Below are positions 37,741 to 43,707 of a stretch of 43,707 nt of DNA, one piece after another. Each line of letters starts with the position of its first letter. Position 1 is the first letter of the stretch. Under the pieces are notes generated by a model, which ran no database searches, was not told the origin of the DNA, and worked only from the letters and a program-made list of their open reading frames with translations. This stretch comes from an uncultured Altererythrobacter sp. (lineage in GTDB: Bacteria > Pseudomonadota > Alphaproteobacteria > Sphingomonadales > Sphingomonadaceae): contig CAJXLD010000001.1 in the NCBI GenBank assembly GCA_913055595.1, positions 1 through 43,707 of the forward strand, written 5' to 3'. The translations under genes were made by a program, and so were the position numbers.

Positions 37741-38241
37741 ATGAGAAAGTTGTTTGGCCTTGTTGCCTCAACCGCGTTGGTTTGCGGTCTTGCGGCATGT
37801 AGCAGCGAACCGGAGGCTCCGGTTGAAGTGGCACCGGAAGCGCCTGACGGCATTTCCGTGAGTGATGGCCGGGTGAACCTTCCCGCTGTGTCGGGCAATC
37901 CGGCAGCGCTCTATTTCACCATTTCCAATGATGGCAGCGCGGACCAGATGATGCGGGCAATCCACGTTCCGGGTTCAGAAAGCACACAATTTCACGAAAC
38001 GGTGCAATGGCCCAACGAAATCAGCATGCAGGAACTGCTGCAAGTGAATGTACCTGCTGGCGAAAGCGTGACATTCGAACCCGGCGGCATGCACGTGATG
38101 GTTTTCGGCCTGCCTGAAAGCCTTGAACCGGGCGGCGAGTTGGAAGTCACGCTCTCTTTCGTCCGCGGAGACAAGGTGAGTTTCCCCGTGCACTTGCTGG
38201 CACCGGGCGATGACGGATCGAGCATGGAGATGGGCGAATAG
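37741..38241 (+). CDS. Copper chaperone PCu(A)C-family lipoprotein
   Basis: LAAC lipobox; PAALYFTI, HET...M and FEPGGMHVM motifs. Confidence 0.85.
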   Translation: MRKLFGLVASTALVCGLAACSSEPEAPVEVAPEAPDGISVSDGRVNLPAVSGNPAALYFTISNDGSADQMMRAIHVPGSESTQFHETVQWPNEISMQELLQVNVPAGESVTFEPGGMHVMVFGLPESLEPGGELEVTLSFVRGDKVSFPVHLLAPGDDGSSMEMGE

Positions 38242-38258
38242 GTGCGAACGCCGATCAA

Positions 38259-38741
38259 ATGACTTGCCCGGCAGGCGGTGAGAGACCGCTGACACCGGGC
38301 GAAATAGCCATGGCCGAAAGCATCTTCGGTTCGGCCATGGCTTACGCAGAGGTGACCATCAAACGGCGCAAATGGTTTCCATTCCAGCCTCGCAATGTCA
38401 CCATGGCTCCGCGTGGACATCTCCATTTTCATCCACTTGCGGATGGTTATTGTGATGATTTCTCGCAATCTTCGCTGGGTCGACGGGCGCATTTCATCCA
38501 CGAAATGACCCATGTCTGGCAGACACAGACGCGTGGAGATTGGTATCTCATTCTCAACCGCCACCCCTGGTGCCGCTATGACTACAGCCTCAAGCCAGGA
38601 TGGACATTCATCCAATACGGGATCGAGCAACAGGCAGAAATCGTCAGGCACGCATTTCTGTTGCGTGAAGGGGTCAGAGTTCCCGGCGCGCCGCCGCTCG
38701 CAATTTATGAAGAATTACTACCTTTCGGACCTTCCCGGTAA
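38259..38741 (+). CDS. Small HExxH zinc-metallopeptidase-like protein ('vgr-related')
   Basis: RPLTPGE, FIHEMTHVWQ and EQQAEIV motifs. Confidence 0.7.
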   Translation: MTCPAGGERPLTPGEIAMAESIFGSAMAYAEVTIKRRKWFPFQPRNVTMAPRGHLHFHPLADGYCDDFSQSSLGRRAHFIHEMTHVWQTQTRGDWYLILNRHPWCRYDYSLKPGWTFIQYGIEQQAEIVRHAFLLREGVRVPGAPPLAIYEELLPFGPSR

Positions 38742-38871
38742 GCTTAGGCTAACCCCAATTTTTTGTGGAACTGTCATGCCTGCAGCCTATGGTGACATTT
38801 GCGATGCGGCGAAAACCGGGGGCGTTGCGTTGTGGGGTAGCTCTCCCCGGGGTTCGAGGGACCGTTCCGCC

Positions 38872-39774
38872 ATGTCGATTGAAAAGCATACGCTCGCCCA
38901 AAGTTCGATTGCAGGCATTGCCGCGCTTGCATGCGCCGCTTCGCCTGCCGCCGCGCAAGATATTTCCGCCGATCCCACATACGAAACCGTGCGCCTGAGC
39001 GCCGGCTTCACTCCCGATCCCTATACGGTGGACCTCAGTTCGGGCGGCAGCATCGATGCAGAGACATTAAGCGGCCAGTGTCGCGGATACATTGCCAACT
39101 CGCCCGATGTGCGGCTCATTTATGAAGAGGGAAGCGGCGTTCTTCCGCTGATTATCAAGGTGGAATCCGATGCCGACACCACGCTCGTGGTCAACGCGCC
39201 GAATGGCAGCTGGTATTGCGACGATGACACCGGCGATCGCCTCAATCCGCTAATGCGTTTCGAGGATCCCGATGGCGGACGCTACGAGATCTGGGTCGGC
39301 ACATATTCGGACAGCAGCCTGCAGGATGCCACACTTAGCTTTTCCGAGCTCGACAGCACAATCAGCAGCTATCCTGACACGTCGCTCGATCCGACCTATG
39401 GCAGTGTCAGCCTGGCCTCCGGGTTCACTCCCGATCCGCACACAGTGAAATTGCGATCTGGCGGGAGCGTGGATGCGAGCAATCTGGGTGACAGCTGCCG
39501 CGGTTATGTCGCTTCCGCTCCCGATTACCGGGTCAATTATGATGGTGGCAGCTTGCCGCTGATCATTTCCGCCAATGCCGATGTAGACGTGACGCTGGTG
39601 GTCAACGATCCCAATGGCAACTGGGTATGCGATGATGATTCCGGCGAAGGTCTCAACCCCTCACTCCGCTTCGAAAAGCCGCTAAGCGGCCAATATGACG
39701 TCTGGGTTGGCACCTATTCCGACACCAGCAACGAGAACGCCACGCTGAGCGTGTCCGAACTCTATAGCGAATAG
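38872..39774 (+). CDS. Secreted protein made of two tandem ~139-aa repeat domains
   Basis: Signal peptide ending AAAQ; two copies of DPTY...GFTPDP...CRGY...TLVVN.PNG.W.CDDD.G..LNP...Y..WVGTY. Confidence 0.8.
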   Translation: MSIEKHTLAQSSIAGIAALACAASPAAAQDISADPTYETVRLSAGFTPDPYTVDLSSGGSIDAETLSGQCRGYIANSPDVRLIYEEGSGVLPLIIKVESDADTTLVVNAPNGSWYCDDDTGDRLNPLMRFEDPDGGRYEIWVGTYSDSSLQDATLSFSELDSTISSYPDTSLDPTYGSVSLASGFTPDPHTVKLRSGGSVDASNLGDSCRGYVASAPDYRVNYDGGSLPLIISANADVDVTLVVNDPNGNWVCDDDSGEGLNPSLRFEKPLSGQYDVWVGTYSDTSNENATLSVSELYSE

Positions 39775-39789
39775 GCAAAAGGGAATTTC

Positions 39790-39829
39790 GCAAAAGGGGT
39801 GGAGCGGGAAACCGGGCCACTTCTTTTGC
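39790..39829 (+). terminator. Probable rho-independent terminator
   Basis: GCAAAAGGGGTGG...CCACTTCTTTTGC stem with a U-rich 3' side. Confidence 0.6.
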
Positions 39830-39882
39830 TTCTGGCCAATGGTCCCGGTGCGAGCTAGCCTGAGTCTCAGGGAGAACGCGCC

Positions 39883-40572
39883 ATGCCACACCAAATCGAT
39901 TACGAAAAACTCCGTGAGCGGATTTCGCAGGCACGCGGCGGCGCGAAAGGCGATCTTTCGACGCTCGATCCGAAGCGCACCGCACATGTGATTGTCGACC
40001 TGCAGAACGGTTTCATGGAAGAAGGCGCGCCAGTGGAAGTTCCGGCAGCGCGCAACATCGTAGACGAGGTCAAACGCCTGTCACGCGCGATCCGCAAAGC
40101 CGGCGGGACCAATGTCTTCCTGCGCTACACGACGACCGACCTCGATGATGGATGGTCGATCATGAAACAGCGGCTCGGTCCTGCAGCCGCTGCGCATTCC
40201 GACGGCTTCACGAAAGGCGCGCATTACTGGCAGTTGTGGCCGGAACTCGATGTCTCGGACGAAGACGTCATGATCGAAAAGAGCCGTTTCAGCGCCTTTT
40301 CCGCCAATGCCAGTCCACTCCATGCCGAACTGCAGAAGCGGAGCATCGACACGGTCATCATTACCGGCACACTGACCAATTGCTGCTGCGAGAGCACCGC
40401 ACGCGACGCGATGCAGCACAATTACCGCGTGCTGATGGTGACCGATGGCAATGCAGCCCTGTCAGATGCAGAACACGAAGCGACGCTCTATTCGCTCGGT
40501 TTCATATTCGCCGACCTGCATTCGACCGACGAATTGGTGGAGCAACTGGCGAAAGAACGCTTGCCTGCCTGA
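39883..40572 (+). CDS. Isochorismatase-family cysteine hydrolase
   Basis: Catalytic triad D (VDLQN), K (EKSRFSAF) and C (TNCCCEST); GGGAGA RBS. Confidence 0.88.
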   Translation: MPHQIDYEKLRERISQARGGAKGDLSTLDPKRTAHVIVDLQNGFMEEGAPVEVPAARNIVDEVKRLSRAIRKAGGTNVFLRYTTTDLDDGWSIMKQRLGPAAAAHSDGFTKGAHYWQLWPELDVSDEDVMIEKSRFSAFSANASPLHAELQKRSIDTVIITGTLTNCCCESTARDAMQHNYRVLMVTDGNAALSDAEHEATLYSLGFIFADLHSTDELVEQLAKERLPA

Positions 40573-41169
40573 TCAGTCCGGCTTCTTGGCCACACCGACC
40601 ATGGCGGGACGCAGAAGACGGTCCTTGATCATGTAGCCGCTCTGCATCTCCTGCACGATCGTGCCGGGTTCTGCTTCGTCATGCGGAATCTCGATCATCG
40701 CCTGGTGCTGGTTGGGATCAAGCGGTAAGCCCATGGAGGCAATGCGACTGATGCCGTGCTGCGTGAAGACCTTCTCCAACTCGCGCTGCGTCGCCTCGAT
40801 ACCGGCGACGAGCCCTTCGAGCTTCGAATGTTCGCGCATTTCTTCAGGTACGGTTTCCAGGGCACGCGCGAGGTTGTCTGCGACCGAGAGGATATCGCGG
40901 GCGAAACCCGTTGCCGCGTAAGCCCGCGCATCGGCAACGTCCTTTTCCAGGCGTCGACGTACATTTTGCGTGTCGGCCTTGGCATAGAGCACCTGCTGTT
41001 TGGCCTCCTCCAGCTCGGCCTTCAGCTGGGCGAGTTCATCCGCAGGCTTCTCGCCCTCTTCCTCTTCGTCGCTGTCGTCGAGGAATTGCTCGGGAACACC
41101 CTCCAGTTCCTTATCCACTTCGGGATCGCGGCCCTGGCCGTCTTCGGTCTCTGTTTCAGTCTCGCTCAT
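40573..41169 (-). CDS. grpE: Nucleotide exchange factor GrpE
   Basis: NVRRR, DNLARAL, DPNQHQAM and GYMIKDRLLRPAMV motifs. Confidence 0.95.
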   Translation of the reverse strand: MSETETETEDGQGRDPEVDKELEGVPEQFLDDSDEEEEGEKPADELAQLKAELEEAKQQVLYAKADTQNVRRRLEKDVADARAYAATGFARDILSVADNLARALETVPEEMREHSKLEGLVAGIEATQRELEKVFTQHGISRIASMGLPLDPNQHQAMIEIPHDEAEPGTIVQEMQSGYMIKDRLLRPAMVGVAKKPD

Positions 41170-41180
41170 GAATTTCGTAT

Positions 41181-42224
41181 CTACCCAATTCTCTTGCCCA
41201 ATGAACGGGCGGTAAAATCAACCATAGGCACGACGCGCGCATAATTTAGCCGCGTCGGTCCGATAACCCCCAGCACGCCGACCACCCTGCCCTCGCGATC
41301 GCGATAGGGCGCGGCAATGACAGAGGAACCCGAATGCGCAAATAGGCGATTTTCTGCGCCAATAAAGATGCGCGTCGATTCCGCCTCCTTCGCGCTATCA
41401 AGCAAATCGGCAATTGTCTGCTTGTTTTCAAGGTCATCGATCAGCGAGCGGATGCGTTCAATATCGCCGAGCGCGCTTTCATCGAGCAAGTTGGCCTGTC
41501 CCCGCACAATCAGCACCGGGCGACGCGCTGCATCCTCGCTCCATGTCACGATACCGCGCTCGACGAGTTCGCGGCTAACATCGTTGAGCGCACTCTTTCC
41601 GCTGCGAATCTCGCGTTCGATGTCGCCGATGGCTTCTCCCAGCGTTCGTCCCGCAAGCCGCGCTGTCACATAATTGCTCGCCTGTTGCAGCGCCGAAATG
41701 TCGATATTTTCGGGCAGGTCGAGAACGCGGTTCTCCACATGCCCGTCCTCGCCGACAAGCACGACCAGCGCACGGTTCCCGTCGAGCGGGACCATATTCA
41801 TCTGGGAAATGCGGCGCTCAGCCCTCGGCACCATGACCATCCCTGCTGCACCCGAAATATGCGATAGGATCGTGCTGGTGGTCTCCAACGCCTGTTCGAT
41901 CGGCCCGGGCTGCGACAGCTGCGCCTCGATCGCCGCGCGCTCCTGCGCAGTGGGCTCTGCCACTTGCATCATGCCATCCACAAAGAGCCGCAAGCCGCCT
42001 TCGGTAGGCATACGCCCGGCGCTGGTATGCGGGGCGGCGAGCAAGCCGAGCTGTTCAAGCTCGCTCAGCACCGACCGGATCGAGGCGGGCGACAAATTGA
42101 TCTCACGATGCTGCGCTAGCGTCTTCGATCCCACCGGCACACCGCTCGCCAGGTAATCCTCCACCACAAGGCGAAAGATATCCCGTGCGCGGTCTGTCAG
42201 TTCGGTAATCGAAGGTGAGGCCAT
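41181..42224 (-). CDS. hrcA: Heat-inducible transcription repressor HrcA (start MASPS at 42224)
   Basis: PVGSKTL, SPASIR, PHTSAGRMPT and GVIGPTRLNY motifs. Confidence 0.95.
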   Translation of the reverse strand: MASPSITELTDRARDIFRLVVEDYLASGVPVGSKTLAQHREINLSPASIRSVLSELEQLGLLAAPHTSAGRMPTEGGLRLFVDGMMQVAEPTAQERAAIEAQLSQPGPIEQALETTSTILSHISGAAGMVMVPRAERRISQMNMVPLDGNRALVVLVGEDGHVENRVLDLPENIDISALQQASNYVTARLAGRTLGEAIGDIEREIRSGKSALNDVSRELVERGIVTWSEDAARRPVLIVRGQANLLDESALGDIERIRSLIDDLENKQTIADLLDSAKEAESTRIFIGAENRLFAHSGSSVIAAPYRDREGRVVGVLGVIGPTRLNYARVVPMVDFTARSLGKRIG

Positions 42225-42296
42225 GACAGCGACATATCTAGGCGCTAGGGCGACGCAAGCAATACGCCCTTTTGAATCACGTTTTCGGAGAAATTC

Positions 42297-43010
42297 ATGC
42301 GACCTTCCGGCCGCGCCGCAGATGAAATGCGCGCCATCACTATCGAAACCGACTTTACCAAGCATGCCGAAGGCAGCTGCCTGATCAGCTTTGGCGATAC
42401 GCGCGTGCTGTGCACCGCCAGCGTCGAAGAGAGGGTTCCGCCGTGGTTGCGCAACAAGGGTTCGGGCTGGGTCACGGGCGAATATTCCATGCTCCCCCGC
42501 GCCACGCATACCCGTGGCTCGCGCGAGGCGGCACGTGGCAAGCAGAGCGGTCGTACGCAGGAAATCCAGCGCCTGATCGGTCGTAGCTTGCGCGCAGTCT
42601 GCGACCTCGAAAAGCTCGGCGAACGGCAGATCACGCTCGATTGCGATGTAATCCAGGCCGATGGTGGCACGCGCACCGCATCAATCTCTGGAGCCTGGGT
42701 GGCGCTGCGCATCGCGGTCGACAAGCTGATGGAAGCCGGCGAAATCAAGGAAGATCCGATCACCGCCAGGATCGCCGCCATTTCCTGCGGCATCTATCAG
42801 GGTACACCGGTGCTTGATCTCGACTATGACGAAGATAGTTCCGCCGATGCGGATGCCAATTTCGTGCTCATCGAAGGCGGCCAGATCGCCGAAGTGCAAG
42901 CCACGGCCGAAGGCGCGACCTATGACGAGGAAGGCCTGCTGCGCCTCTTGCGCCTCGCCAATATCGGTTGCGGCCAGATCTTCACTGCGCAAGGCAATGC
43001 TGTGAAATGA
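42297..43010 (+). CDS. rph: Ribonuclease PH
   Basis: [26 protein letters not shown] and DGGTRTASI motifs. Confidence 0.97.
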   Translation: MRPSGRAADEMRAITIETDFTKHAEGSCLISFGDTRVLCTASVEERVPPWLRNKGSGWVTGEYSMLPRATHTRGSREAARGKQSGRTQEIQRLIGRSLRAVCDLEKLGERQITLDCDVIQADGGTRTASISGAWVALRIAVDKLMEAGEIKEDPITARIAAISCGIYQGTPVLDLDYDEDSSADADANFVLIEGGQIAEVQATAEGATYDEEGLLRLLRLANIGCGQIFTAQGNAVK

Positions 43011-43639
43011 CTCGCAAACTCGGTTCCGGAAAGCTCGTCATCGCCACGCATAATGCAGGCAAGTTGAAGGAGATCGGCGCGCTCCTGGAACCATATGGCC
43101 TGGATTGCATTTCCGCAGGCGCGCTGGGCCTTCCCGAACCGGCCGAGACCGGCACAAACTTCGTCGAAAATGCGCTGATAAAGGCGCGGGCGGCTGCCGA
43201 GGCATCCGGCCTTCCCGCACTGGCCGATGATAGTGGGTTGTCGGTTGCCGCACTCGATGGCCGTCCGGGCGTCTACACCGCCGATTGGGCCGAGAGGCAG
43301 TGGTTCGAAGGCGAACCGGGCCGCGACTGGTTCATGGCGATGGGCAAGGTCGAAGGCATGCTGCAGGCCAAGGGTGCAGAGTGCCCGCGCGATGCATGGT
43401 TTTCCTGCGTACTCGCTATCGCCTGGCCCGACGGCGAATATGCCGTCTATGAAGGCCGCGTTGACGGGTCGATTACCTGGCCCCCGCGAGGGGAAAAGGG
43501 CTTCGGCTATGACCCGATTTTCGTGGCCAATGGCGACGAACTGACCTTTGCCGAGATCGAACCTGCGGAAAAACACGCCAAGAGCCACCGCGCCAATGCG
43601 TTCTCCAAGCTGGTGAAGGTCCAGTTCGGAACATCGTGA
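43007..43639 (+). CDS. rdgB: Non-canonical purine NTP pyrophosphatase (RdgB/HAM1)
   Basis: ATHNAGK, ADDSGL, GFGYDP and SHR motifs; ATGA coupling to rph. Confidence 0.94.
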   Translation: MTRKLGSGKLVIATHNAGKLKEIGALLEPYGLDCISAGALGLPEPAETGTNFVENALIKARAAAEASGLPALADDSGLSVAALDGRPGVYTADWAERQWFEGEPGRDWFMAMGKVEGMLQAKGAECPRDAWFSCVLAIAWPDGEYAVYEGRVDGSITWPPRGEKGFGYDPIFVANGDELTFAEIEPAEKHAKSHRANAFSKLVKVQFGTS

Positions 43640-43699
43640 AACCCCGCGAAGGCGGGGATCTGCCTCCTGCGCCCCCCCCCCGCCTTCGCGGGGGATCAC
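43635..43699. repeat. REP-like extragenic palindrome
   Basis: CCCCGCGAAGGCGGGG...CCCCGCCTTCGCGGGG inverted pair overlapping the rdgB stop. Confidence 0.65.
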
Positions 43700-43707
43700 C
43701 AACGTGC

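Noticed and set aside
1-43707. CRISPR array, prophage, IS element or integron
   Set aside because: No regularly spaced repeats, transposase, integrase or phage genes were seen on manual reading

Overview
This window is a GC-rich alphaproteobacterial chromosome segment, most likely Sphingomonadales/Erythrobacteraceae (inferred from the tandem-domain Hfq, eukaryote/archaea-type ProRS, gene order, and alpha-type LexA and RpoH motifs). It is mostly housekeeping: hfq-hflX; mltB-dacA-tmk-holB-metG-tatD-MBL-mazG; tRNA-Ser(UGA); pdhC-lpdA; rnr; peptidases; proS; phaR; alr; radA; dnaK-dnaJ; hrcA-grpE; rph-rdgB. The strongest non-coding signal is a chromosomal dif (XerCD) site at 3516-3543. KOPS octamers and gene orientation both flip there, so the window probably spans the replication terminus. 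The dif site lies 2 nt from the mazG start codon. Other points of note are two small ORFs missing from the ORF track, a probable CTG start for hflX, a tandem pair of secreted six-cysteine paralogs beside the tRNA, a 5'-frameshifted MBL hydrolase, a LexA box at radA and two REP-like palindromes. I found no CRISPR array, prophage, transposase or defence island, and I cannot claim a clearly new multi-gene system.
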